Position numbers and translations under genes: made by a program. This document shows, one piece after another, positions 1 to 9,382 of a DNA stretch of 64,000 nucleotides (position 1 is the first letter of the stretch; each line of letters opens with the position of its first letter). Origin of the DNA: an uncultured Clostridia bacterium (GTDB taxonomy: Bacteria > Bacillota > Clostridia > TANB77 > CAG-508); assembly GCA_944386165.1 (NCBI GenBank), contig CALXAA010000007.1, positions 7,984 through 71,983 on the forward strand. Reading direction: 5' to 3'. The notes under the pieces were generated by a model, which ran no database searches, was not told where the DNA came from, and saw nothing but the letters and a program-made list of their open reading frames with translations.

Positions 1-277
1 GAATTTGCATTACTTCTAATTCCAAATAGGCATCTTCTCTTAATTCTCTACTTGTTTTAAATTTGATTTCTTTTTCTTTTCCATTTTTGTTATATGCTGT
101 TAATGTATATTCGTACTTCATACCTCCTGATTCGGTAATTTCTTGTATTTTTGTATTGTCTATTTGTGTATAATATAATTCTTTATGTATTACTAAAAAG
201 TAGTATGCTCCAACCATTAAAGCTATCACTATAATTACTGCTATTATCATTGGTAATTTTTCTTTAAAACTTTCCAT
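1..277 (-). CDS. YxeA family membrane-anchored protein (3' end outside window)
   Basis: Manually translated from ATG at 277 (RBS GGAGGT): MESFKEKLPMIIAVIIVIALMVGAYYFL...YYTQIDN...YEYTLTAYNKNGKEKEIKFKTSRELREDAYLEL, a YxeA-like pattern; lies downstream of a Bce-type ABC transporter. Confidence 0.75.
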   Translation of the reverse strand, partial: MESFKEKLPMIIAVIIVIALMVGAYYFLVIHKELYYTQIDNTKIQEITESGGMKYEYTLTAYNKNGKEKEIKFKTSRELREDAYLELEVMQI

Positions 278-289
278 TTTCAATACCTC

Positions 290-781
290 CTACTCTGATA
301 CTATATCAATATTTCCAGTAAAGTTATTGGTTTTTATTATTAAATAATAACTTTTTTCTTTGACATCAATAGTTTTCTCTATTTCTCCAGTATCATTTAT
401 TAAAATTTGATTTTCAGTTCCTAGTTTGTTTATAATTTCTATATCTCCATTTTGTTTATCTACTTTTATTTTAAGTTTTATTGTATTTCCATTTTCTCTA
501 TTTAAAGCAGTACCACCAAATATAGTTTCTTCCTTTGTTGTATTATTGTAGTTTGCTTTGTATGTTCCAACATATTCATCAATTCCAAATGTTCTTTCTC
601 CTTGTATTTTGTTATCGCTTGTAATTCCTAAACTCGAAACATCTTGTAAAAAGTTATTATAAGTATTCATAGCACTATCTTTTGAAACTGTACTATTCGT
701 AAAAATGCTTGTAAAAAAACTAGCTCCTAAAATTATTAGTCCAACTATAAATACTATAATTAATTTAAAGAAACCGAACAT
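290..781 (-). CDS. hypothetical secreted/membrane-anchored protein
   Basis: 163-aa ORF with hydrophobic N-terminus, tightly coupled to the permease gene. Confidence 0.7.
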   Translation of the reverse strand: MFGFFKLIIVFIVGLIILGASFFTSIFTNSTVSKDSAMNTYNNFLQDVSSLGITSDNKIQGERTFGIDEYVGTYKANYNNTTKEETIFGGTALNRENGNTIKLKIKVDKQNGDIEIINKLGTENQILINDTGEIEKTIDVKEKSYYLIIKTNNFTGNIDIVSE

Positions 782-785
782 AGCT

Positions 786-2882
786 CTATTCCTCCTCTTT
801 AATTATGTTTTTACTTCCGAAATATGTTGCTAGGAAATATAATCCATAAATTGCTCCAATGATTACTGCTGTTACAATAATTGATGGTAGTAATTCATCT
901 GGTGATGCAAGTGCTGCAAGCATTGACAATATAAATTTAATCCCAAATATTGAATGTATTATTGCTAATAATAGAGGCATCATAAAGAATATAAATATTT
1001 GTCTAAATAATGCTTGATTTATCATTTTTTCATCACAACCAATTTTTCTTAATATTGTATATCTTTGTTTGTTATCAGAACTTTCTGTTAATTGTTTTAA
1101 TGCTAAAATAGCTGAACTTGCAATTAGGAATATAATACCTAGATAAATTGATATGAATATAATAATTGTTGACAATCCTTTACTTGATTCTATTAGACTG
1201 ATTCTTGTCATTCCTTCAAGATCAATTCCTTTTTCTGATAAATTGTCAAATAATTCACTATCAACTTCACCTGCAAGGACTTTTTCTAATTCTACTTTTT
1301 CTTCTTCTGTTTCTGCGTTATAGTTAGCTGCTAAAAAGTATTGTTCAATATTTTCATCTTTAAATTCAAAGCTATCTGGTACTACTATAATTCCTCCATT
1401 CATCTCACTTACAGACATCATTATAAATCCATATTGACATTCATTATATTTAGCATGATAAGTTTTTCCATTTATTTCTATATCAGAATCTTGTTTTAAT
1501 GCTTCATTTCTCATATTTAATAATTGTTCAAAATCGCAAAGTACCATAAATTCATCATCATTTAATGAATACTCTTCTTCTCCATAAAGTTTTGCAATTT
1601 TATTATAATCAGAAATTTTAATAATAGTTTCTGGTAAATCATAAGATAAATTTACATATTGTGATTTAGCAGTTTCAAAATAACCTCCCAAACTATATTC
1701 AAAAGTCCATTCTGGTATTGTGTAAATTGGTATCTCTACTATATCTTTCAAATTATTCATATCATATCCATTTGTTTCAAGTGTATAACTTACTGGATGT
1801 TTTGAATCTTCTATTTGTTCTTCTGTATTATATATTGTTTTACCACTATATGAACTTACATAGCTTTCTGGCAAATATGCTGTTTTATATAAATTGACAT
1901 CTACAGGTGTAAATTTATTTAATTGAGAATCTAATGATGATTTAATTGATAAACTGCTAGATAATACACTTATTGTCATAAATAGCATTAAACAAATTAT
2001 ACTCATACTTACTATATTTGTATTGATTTTATTATTTAGTTGTCTTAATACAAACATATTTGTTCCTTTTAAATAAACACTTTTTCTTGTTTGTATAAGT
2101 CTTAATATAAAGCCTGATAATGACCAGAACACTCCAACTGTTCCTACTATTCCCATAATTATTGGAGGTAATAATTTATCTGCTGTACTTAAATTGTTTG
2201 CTCCTCCAGTTACTTGATAATAAGCATATCCTAATATTACGCTTGATGCTATAAATACAAGTATTGATATAATAGGATTTTTCATTTTTATTTTTTCGTT
2301 TTTTCTTACTGCTGTTAATAAATTGATTAGTTTATATCTTGATATGGTTAATGTGTTAAATATGATTACTGCTACATACATTACTGCAAAGTATATACAA
2401 GTCTTTATACAAGCATCTTTTGAAAATACAAATGTAAATTCGCTCATATCTGCTTCAAATAATTTTGCAACTAATATAGACATAAACTGTGATGCAAATA
2501 CACCTATAAATAAACCAACTGCTAAAGATAATATTCCAACCAATATAGTTTCTAATAATATAATAGCTGATATTTGCCTTCTACCCATACCAAGTGTCAT
2601 ATATATACCAAATTCTCTTTTTCTCCTATTTACCAAAAAGTTATTTGCATATACTATTAAAAAGCCTAGTACAATAGCAATAAAAACCGAAAGCATACCA
2701 AGCAACTGAACTAATAGTTGAATCATATCTCTTGTTGATTGTGATACTTCGAGCATTGCTTGTTGACTATCTAAAGAGTTAAACATATAGAATATTGCTA
2801 CACCTAACACTAATGTTAAAAAGTATATTGCATAATCTTTAAAACTCTTTTTCATATTTCTAAAAGATAACTTAAATAACAT
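786..2882 (-). CDS. BceB-like (FtsX family) ABC transporter permease
   Basis: 698 aa, multiple TM helices around one large extracellular domain, RRKREFGIYMTLGM and YTILRKIG motifs. Confidence 0.88.
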   Translation of the reverse strand: MLFKLSFRNMKKSFKDYAIYFLTLVLGVAIFYMFNSLDSQQAMLEVSQSTRDMIQLLVQLLGMLSVFIAIVLGFLIVYANNFLVNRRKREFGIYMTLGMGRRQISAIILLETILVGILSLAVGLFIGVFASQFMSILVAKLFEADMSEFTFVFSKDACIKTCIYFAVMYVAVIIFNTLTISRYKLINLLTAVRKNEKIKMKNPIISILVFIASSVILGYAYYQVTGGANNLSTADKLLPPIIMGIVGTVGVFWSLSGFILRLIQTRKSVYLKGTNMFVLRQLNNKINTNIVSMSIICLMLFMTISVLSSSLSIKSSLDSQLNKFTPVDVNLYKTAYLPESYVSSYSGKTIYNTEEQIEDSKHPVSYTLETNGYDMNNLKDIVEIPIYTIPEWTFEYSLGGYFETAKSQYVNLSYDLPETIIKISDYNKIAKLYGEEEYSLNDDEFMVLCDFEQLLNMRNEALKQDSDIEINGKTYHAKYNECQYGFIMMSVSEMNGGIIVVPDSFEFKDENIEQYFLAANYNAETEEEKVELEKVLAGEVDSELFDNLSEKGIDLEGMTRISLIESSKGLSTIIIFISIYLGIIFLIASSAILALKQLTESSDNKQRYTILRKIGCDEKMINQALFRQIFIFFMMPLLLAIIHSIFGIKFILSMLAALASPDELLPSIIVTAVIIGAIYGLYFLATYFGSKNIIKEEE

Positions 2883-3639
2883 CGTTCAAATCACCTCCAA
2901 GAAGTGTTTGCACCTCGATTATTTTTTCAAAGAATTGTTTTCTTGTGTCCTCACCTTTTACTAATTCATTGAATATCTTTCCGTCTTTAATAAATATAAT
3001 TCTTTCTGCATAACTAGCTGTAAAAGCATCATGAGTTACCATTAAAATTGTAGCACCTAATTTTTGATTTAAGTGTTCAAATGTTTCTAATAGTTGCCTT
3101 GCTGACTTTGAATCTAATGCTCCAGTTGGCTCGTCTGCAAGTACCATTTTGGGATTTGTTATAATTGCTCTTGCACTTGCAACTCTTTGTTTTTGCCCTC
3201 CAGAAATTTGATAAGGATATTTATTTAGTATTTCTGATATTTCAAGTTTTTGTGCTATTTCTTTTACTTTCTTATCTATTTCGTGTGAATTTGCTTTTTG
3301 AATTGTTAAAGCAAGTGCAATATTTTCATAAGCTGTTAGAGTATCTAACAAGTTAAAGTCTTGAAATATAAATCCTAATTCTTCCCTTCTAAATTTGTTT
3401 AACTTATTTCCTTTTAATTTTGTAATGTCTTGATTATTTATAATAATCTTTCCTGCTGTTACTCTGTCTATTGTTGAAATACAATTTAATAATGTTGTTT
3501 TACCTGATCCTGATGCTCCCATTATTCCAACAAATTCTCCCTCTCCAACATTAAAACTAATACCATCTATCGCCTTTGTTAAATTTGATTTATTTCCATA
3601 GTATTTTTCAATGTTTTTTACCTCTAATACATTACTCAT
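2872..3639 (-). CDS. BceA-like ABC transporter ATP-binding protein
   Basis: Walker A GASGSGKT, signature ISGGQKQR, LADEPTGALD, VTHD. Confidence 0.92.
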   Translation of the reverse strand: MSNVLEVKNIEKYYGNKSNLTKAIDGISFNVGEGEFVGIMGASGSGKTTLLNCISTIDRVTAGKIIINNQDITKLKGNKLNKFRREELGFIFQDFNLLDTLTAYENIALALTIQKANSHEIDKKVKEIAQKLEISEILNKYPYQISGGQKQRVASARAIITNPKMVLADEPTGALDSKSARQLLETFEHLNQKLGATILMVTHDAFTASYAERIIFIKDGKIFNELVKGEDTRKQFFEKIIEVQTLLGGDLNDVI

Positions 3640-3707
3640 TATAAAATCTCCTTTCCTATGTTCTAACTATATTATAAAACATTCAATATTTCCTTGCCAT
3701 TTTTTAA

Positions 3708-3736
3708 TCTTACATTTGTCTTACATTTTTGTAAGA
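3708..3736. promoter_or_regulatory. BceR/GraR-type binding site
   Basis: TCTTACA-TTTT-TGTAAGA inverted repeat (3719-3736) matching TNACA-N4-TGTAA, plus an extra TCTTACA half-site at 3708, upstream of the ATPase gene. Confidence 0.7.
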
Positions 3737-3767
3737 TAAGAAAAAATAGCCCCTATAAAAAGAGCTA

Positions 3768-4784
3768 TTAAAAATTTGTATAACTACTCTTTGGAAAGAT
3801 TATTCTAACTTCTGTTCCCTTATCTTTTTCTGAATTTAATTCTATTCCTAATCCTAGTCTATCACATAATTTTTTACATAGATATAGTCCAATTCCAGTT
3901 GATTTTTGACCTATAATTCTTCCATTTTCTCCAGTAAATCCTCTTTCAAATACTCTTGTTATCTCCCCTTTTTTTATTCCGATTCCATTATCTTTGATAT
4001 ATAATATTACTTTATCATTTTTTTCTTGTGAGGAAATTTCTATTTTTTTATTTTCCTTTTTAGAGTATTTTATAGCATTTTGTATGATCTGATTTATGAT
4101 AAATACTGCCCATTTGCTATCTGTATATACTTCTTCATCTTTTAAATTTGAAAGTTCTATTGATACTTTTTCATTTAAAAGTGTAGTTTTATTCTTTAAA
4201 ATTGCTCCATTTACTATTTCTTTTAAGTTTGTTTTATTTATAATATAATCTTTTTCTACTGCATTACTTCTAGCATAGAATAAGGCTTGTTCTGTATAAT
4301 TTTCAACTTTATCTAATTCTTCATCTATACTTTTCGTTATTGAATTTTTGTTATTTTCTATAATTAATTTACTAGCTGCAATAGGTATTTTAACCTCGTG
4401 AATCCATAGTTCAATATATTCTTTATAATCTTCTTGAATATTTTTATAGTAATTCACATTTTCTAACATTGATTTACCTGTATCTTGCAAAATATCTTTT
4501 AATATTTTTCCCTCAATAAAATTTGGTGTTCTTATTATTTCTGAAATCAAATATTTTTCTCTTAAATCTTCCATATTCTTGATTAATTGGTCATAGTAAA
4601 CTTTTTTCTTTTTATATTCAGTTATTATAGCGAGTGCTACTACAAAAACAATTATAAATGCACAATATAGTCTTATTATTATACTAATATTATAAGCAAG
4701 TAATAAAATTTCTACACTTGAAATTGCTAGTATTGTTCCTATTATTAATATCATTTTTTCTTTTATATAATCTTTAAATCTCAT
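3768..4784 (-). CDS. BceS/GraS-like intramembrane-sensing histidine kinase
   Basis: Two N-terminal TMs without sensor loop, WIHEVKIP H-box, NAIKYS, DNGIGI, GIGLYL. Confidence 0.9.
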   Translation of the reverse strand: MRFKDYIKEKMILIIGTILAISSVEILLLAYNISIIIRLYCAFIIVFVVALAIITEYKKKKVYYDQLIKNMEDLREKYLISEIIRTPNFIEGKILKDILQDTGKSMLENVNYYKNIQEDYKEYIELWIHEVKIPIAASKLIIENNKNSITKSIDEELDKVENYTEQALFYARSNAVEKDYIINKTNLKEIVNGAILKNKTTLLNEKVSIELSNLKDEEVYTDSKWAVFIINQIIQNAIKYSKKENKKIEISSQEKNDKVILYIKDNGIGIKKGEITRVFERGFTGENGRIIGQKSTGIGLYLCKKLCDRLGLGIELNSEKDKGTEVRIIFPKSSYTNF

Positions 4785-5452
4785 TTTAATAAATACCCTT
4801 GACCTCTCCTAGTTTCGATTTTATCTACAAAACCTAATTCTTCTAATTTACTTCTTAATCTTTTTACATTTACACTTAAAGTATTATCGTCAATAAATTC
4901 TTCACTTTCCCATAAATAATCCATTATCTCATCTCTTGATACAATTCTTCCTCTATTGATACATAAGTAATATAAAATAGTGTATTCATTTTTAGTAAGT
5001 TCAATTTTTCTATCATCTTTTTTAATTACTCTTTCTGCAATGTTTAGTTTAAAACCATCACACTCAATTTCTTGCATTTCTTTATCTGACTTTTTGTTTC
5101 TTTTTAGTAAACCATTTATTTTAGCAAGTAATATTTGTATGTTATATGGCTTTGTTACATACTGATCTGCTCCATAATTCAAGCTCATTAATTCATCTAT
5201 TTCATTATCTCTACTTGTTACCATTATTATTGGTACATCTGATGTCTTTCTTATTTCTTTACATACAAATTCACCGTCTGTATATGGCAAATTTATATCT
5301 AATAATATTAAATCTGCATTTTCATTTAATATGTCTTGAATTGTATTATCAAATTTTTCTAATCCTTTTGCAATAAAACCATGTTTAGTCAAAAATGTTT
5401 CTAATTCTTTTCTTAATTTTTTATCATCTTCTACTATCAATATTTTTTGCAT
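4781..5452 (-). CDS. BceR/GraR-like OmpR-family response regulator
   Basis: VEDD, LLDINLP, KPY, C-terminal winged helix (TRRGQGY). Confidence 0.92.
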   Translation of the reverse strand: MQKILIVEDDKKLRKELETFLTKHGFIAKGLEKFDNTIQDILNENADLILLDINLPYTDGEFVCKEIRKTSDVPIIMVTSRDNEIDELMSLNYGADQYVTKPYNIQILLAKINGLLKRNKKSDKEMQEIECDGFKLNIAERVIKKDDRKIELTKNEYTILYYLCINRGRIVSRDEIMDYLWESEEFIDDNTLSVNVKRLRSKLEELGFVDKIETRRGQGYLLK

Positions 5453-5500
5453 ATTTTTGTCCTCCTAAAAGCATTATACCATACTTTTGAAAATTAAAAA

Positions 5501-5516
5501 TGACATTTTTGTAAGA
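5501..5516. promoter_or_regulatory. second BceR-type box upstream of the response regulator
   Basis: TGACA-TTTT-TGTAAGA. Confidence 0.55.
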
Positions 5517-5522
5517 TAAACC

Positions 5523-5598
5523 AAAATGAGAGTTACTATCTCTAGCAACTCTCTATATCAAATAAAAGGGGATGTTTTGTGCTTAAAGGCACTTTTAT
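5523..5598 (-). ncRNA. candidate small RNA or attenuated leader (~75 nt)
   Basis: Perfect TTGACA-17-TATAAT promoter (5633-5605), a short structured transcript and an 11-bp stem hairpin at 5528-5553. Confidence 0.45.
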
Positions 5599-5640
5599 TG
5601 TGGTATTATAATATCATTTTTACATTTTGTCAAATTTTAA

Positions 5641-7570
5641 TTAATATAATGTATCATCCTTTAACATATCCACAATATTTTTGTTCAAAATCTTTTTTCC
5701 ACCAATATAATAAGCTATACTTACTGCCAATAAAATAAATATTATATAGCAAAGTATTGGTATTATAGGCATATTATTTATATAATCAGACAATAATATT
5801 TGACTAGCGTTTAAAAATAATAAAACAATCGGAACATTTATTATTAGGCTTATTATAATAGGTTTTAAACTTATTATTAATGCCTCATAAGTTAAAATCT
5901 TTTTTATACCTTTGCGTGATAATCCAATAGACATATATCTAGCAAATTCTCTTTTTCTTAAAGAAATTTGTGAGATACAGTTTGAAAATACATTTACAAT
6001 TCCAATCAATGCAAGAATTCCTGCTAAAGTCCAAATTATAATTCTTAATCCACTTCTTATATTCTTGTCAGAAGTCTCTTCTTGTATTCTATTTTGTATT
6101 TGATATTCAATTCCAGTAATTTTCTGTTCAATTTTATTTTGTATATCATATATTTCTGATATATTATTAATTTTTACATTAAAATATGTAGGATTATTCA
6201 TCATATTACTATTAATTTTATTAGCATAACTTTCACTAATTATTAAAACTAATTCGCATTCATATCTATTATATTCTTCTTTTAGATTAGGTAATTCTTG
6301 TGCATAATTTGTTATATATATAGTATATTTCTGTGATTCATTATTTTTCTCAAATATTTCTAATTTTAAATTGTCTATTTCTTTTAAATAAGGAATGTAC
6401 TCTCCTTTTAAATTGTGATTCTTACTTTTCCATATCTTATTTATTGCAACGCATTTTTCTTGTGCAGATAAATTACTACCGTTATTATTTTGCAAAGAAT
6501 TATAATATTCATCAAAACTTACGTCGTCTAATATTATAATTGGAATACCTATTTGATATTTTCCCTTTTCATTCTCAGTAATATTCTCACTAATTACATC
6601 TAACCCCCCTGCTACATTTAGTTCATTACTAAAGTATGTAGAATCTATTTCAGCATAAAAAGTACATTTTTTATAATTAATACAATCTTTAATTCCAGCC
6701 ATATCTCTTATTTCTTGGGTAAGTTCATTTCTATTATTCATATCTGGCATTTGGAACATTATATCCCATTTATCCCTATATCTTTCAAAGAATGTTTTAT
6801 TAGTTGATAAATCTGATACTGTTTCAAAATTTAGAAATGTAATTAAAGCTAATGATGAACAAATAAATGCTCTTGTTGCTGTACGAAAACTTTTTTTTCG
6901 TGAATATATTGACTTCCTTGCTATTTCTCCTTCTATTCCAAAAATTTTAGAAAAAATCATAAATTTTTTCATTTTTTTAACTTTTGTATCATCTCTATAG
7001 AATATTGCATCCATAACTGAAACTTTAGCAATTTTTCTTGCAGGAATAGTCGCTGATATCCAAACTGTTATAAAAGAAATAGCAGCAGAAATAATAGCAA
7101 CTAAAATATTATATCTAAAATATAGTTCAGAATCTCTTGCAAGCTCTGTTGCTTTAATTATAAATTGCATAAGAATATATGTTGTTCCTATACCCAACAA
7201 GGTTCCGAATTACGATTGGAACTAAACTTAAAATTATAACTTCATACCTTAATATTTGCTTAATTTGTTTTGGCGTTGCCCCTACACTTTTTAAAATTCC
7301 TAATTGATGTAATCTTGAATTCATTGACATAGCAAAAATATTATATATCATTAAGATTAACGAAAACATTGCCATAAATAATATAAATAGAAATGCAAAG
7401 ATTTCCACTGTTGTTTGGGTTTGTCCTCTAGCAATATTATCGGCATATAGATTGTAAAATATTCCTGTCAATAATGAAAGGAGCAATGAAGCAAGAAATG
7501 AAGTTATTGCTATTGAAACACTTGTTGTTTTATTATTTCTTATATGATTTATAACATATTCTTTTATCAT
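5641..7570 (-). CDS. FtsX-family ABC permease, 642 aa if translated with a +1 shift at CGG (7205-7207)
   Basis: ORFs 7154..7570 and 5641..7200 join seamlessly as ...LVPIVI-GTLLGIGTTY... when one C is skipped; two FtsX motifs (GILKSVGAT, ARYMSIGLS). Confidence 0.8.
7204..7210 (-). other. +1 frameshift site ATT C GGA
   Basis: In-frame CGG at codon 122; the +1 frame continues for 521 codons. Confidence 0.8.
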
Positions 7571-7582
7571 TACATTACCTCC

Positions 7583-8262
7583 TTATCTTATATACTCATC
7601 TGATATAATTTTTCCATCTTCTATTCTAATGATTCTGTCTGCTTGTAAAGCTATGTTTTCATCATGTGTTATTAAAACTAAAGTTTGATTATATTTTTTA
7701 TTAGAATACTTTAAAATTTCAATAATTTCTTGTCCATTTTTCTTATCGAGATTTCCAGTAGGTTCATCAGCTAAAATAATAGATGGTGCATTTATAAGAG
7801 CCCTACCGAATCGCAACTCTTTGTTGTTGACCACCAGATAATTGATTTGGAAAATGTTTCTTTCTATTACTTAATCCTAACATATCTAGGAGTTCATTAA
7901 CTCTATCTTCATTTATTTTTTGTTTATCTAATTTAAGTGGTAAAACCATATTTTCATAAACATTTAATATTGGTATTAGATTATAAAATTGATAAATTAG
8001 TCCAACATTGCGACGTCTAAAAATAGCAAGTTCTTCTTCACTTTTTGTATATATTTCTTTTTTATCTACATAAATTTTACCGTGAAGTAGGAATGTCTAC
8101 ACCTCCCAACAAATGTAAAAGTGTTGATTTTCCAGAGCCAGATTGCCCTACTATTGCCACAAATTCTCCTTTTTTAACAGAAAAAGAAACATTGTTTAAA
8201 GCCACAACTTCATTTTCTCCTTTATAAATTTTAGTTAAGTTTTCAACTTTTAATATTTCCAT
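7583..8262 (-). CDS. LolD/MacB-type ABC ATP-binding protein, 225 aa if translated with two +1 shifts at CGG
   Basis: Walker A (GQSGSGKST) in segment 1; Q-loop and LSGGQQQR in the 91-codon segment 2 (8081-7809); [10 protein letters not shown] and ITHD in segment 3. Confidence 0.85.
7803..7811 (-). other. +1 frameshift site ATT C GGT (zero frame CGG TAG)
   Basis: Skipping C restores [13 protein letters not shown]. Confidence 0.85.
8077..8085 (-). other. +1 frameshift site TCA C GGT (zero frame CGG TAA)
   Basis: Skipping C restores DIPTS-GKIYVD. Confidence 0.85.
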
Positions 8263-8298
8263 ATAGATTACCTCCTAAATTTAATATAACACAAGTTT

Positions 8299-8338
8299 AG
8301 TGACACATCAGTGACTTTATTATTACAAATATGTCACT
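8299..8338. promoter_or_regulatory. putative OmpR-family regulator binding site
   Basis: AGTGAC direct repeats 11 bp apart (8299, 8310) and inverted GTCACT (8333) upstream of the ABC operon. Confidence 0.45.
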
Positions 8339-8377
8339 TTTAAATAAATATAAAAAACGAAACATTATGACTTCACA

Positions 8378-9382
8378 TTATGCTTCGTTAAAAAATTTAA
8401 TATTAAATTCTGCACCTTTGTTTTCTCTATTTTTGGCAGTAATAACTCCATTTTGTTTTGAAACAATCATTTTAGTAAGGTACAGTCCAATTCCTATACC
8501 TTCACTACCACTATTGTTTCCTCTATAAAATCGCTCAAACAAATGTGGTAAATCCTCTTTACAAATTCCTTTTCCCTCATCAGTTATAATTATTTCTGTA
8601 TATATCGGATTGGTTTCTGATATAATTTCTATAATACCTCCATTTTCCGAATGTTCTATACAATTCTTTATTATATTTGAAATAGCTTCAACTGACCAAT
8701 AATAATCTCCTTTATAATTCGTATTTTTTTCTATTTTTAATTTCATTTTGATATTTTTGATTTCAGCTTGAATTTTTAACGGTTCTAATGCTTTATTTAC
8801 AACTTCTTCAACATTTGTTTTTTCTTTTTTTAACTTTACAGTATCAGATTCCAATTGAGCTACTTTTAATAATGCTGTAATAAGCCACTCAATTCTTGTT
8901 AATAACTTACTTATTTCTTTTATCATTTTAAATCGATCTTCAAAAGTTAACTCCTGTCTTGATAATCTCGATATCATTATATTTATGGAAGTCATTGGAG
9001 TTCTAATTTGATGTGATATATTTGCTAAATAATCTTTCAAATAATTTTTTTCGTTTTCTAACCTTTCTGTTTGTTCCCTTAATCTAACTGTCATTTTATA
9101 AATTTCACTATTCAGAACTGCAAGTTCTCCCTCTTTATTCACATCAAAATTTGTATAATCATTATTATGTAATATTTTATCTATTTTATAAGTTAATTCA
9201 CTAATATCATTATATCTTTTTTTCGTAAAGAATAACGAAATAAATTCAATGACTAAACAAACTAATATAATATATATTGAGCAAATAATATTAATAAATA
9301 ATGCTCCCAAAAATACAATAATATTAAATATAACATATATAATTATCTGTTTTTTTATTTCTTCATTTCTAAAAAGACTCAT
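8378..9382 (-). CDS. sensor histidine kinase
   Basis: ISHQIRTP H-box, NCIEHS, DEGKGI, GIGIGLYL; start moved to ATG 9382 (RBS GGAGA). Confidence 0.9.
   Translation of the reverse strand: MSLFRNEEIKKQIIIYVIFNIIVFLGALFINIICSIYIILVCLVIEFISLFFTKKRYNDISELTYKIDKILHNNDYTNFDVNKEGELAVLNSEIYKMTVRLREQTERLENEKNYLKDYLANISHQIRTPMTSINIMISRLSRQELTFEDRFKMIKEISKLLTRIEWLITALLKVAQLESDTVKLKKEKTNVEEVVNKALEPLKIQAEIKNIKMKLKIEKNTNYKGDYYWSVEAISNIIKNCIEHSENGGIIEIISETNPIYTEIIITDEGKGICKEDLPHLFERFYRGNNSGSEGIGIGLYLTKMIVSKQNGVITAKNRENKGAEFNIKFFNEA

Noticed and set aside
5565..5611. Plus-strand mini-ORF (GTG-LKGTFIVVL) after AAAGGGG
   Set aside because: No plus-strand promoter seen; the promoter and terminator support a minus-strand RNA instead.
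7802..7804. AGG as a second shifty or reassigned codon
   Set aside because: AGG occurs in frame at conserved Arg positions (GRAL here, NRRKRE in the BceB-like gene, TRRGQG in the regulator) without breaking the frame.
7583..7834. 83-aa stand-alone [12 protein letters not shown]...
   Set aside because: Its N-terminus is an off-frame reading of the ABC signature region; it is the third segment of the frameshifted ATPase.
8083..8110. Internal SD-like GGAGGT upstream of the first CGG shift
   Set aside because: It is 18 nt upstream, encodes the conserved LGG motif and has no counterpart at the permease site; not a prfB-like stimulator.
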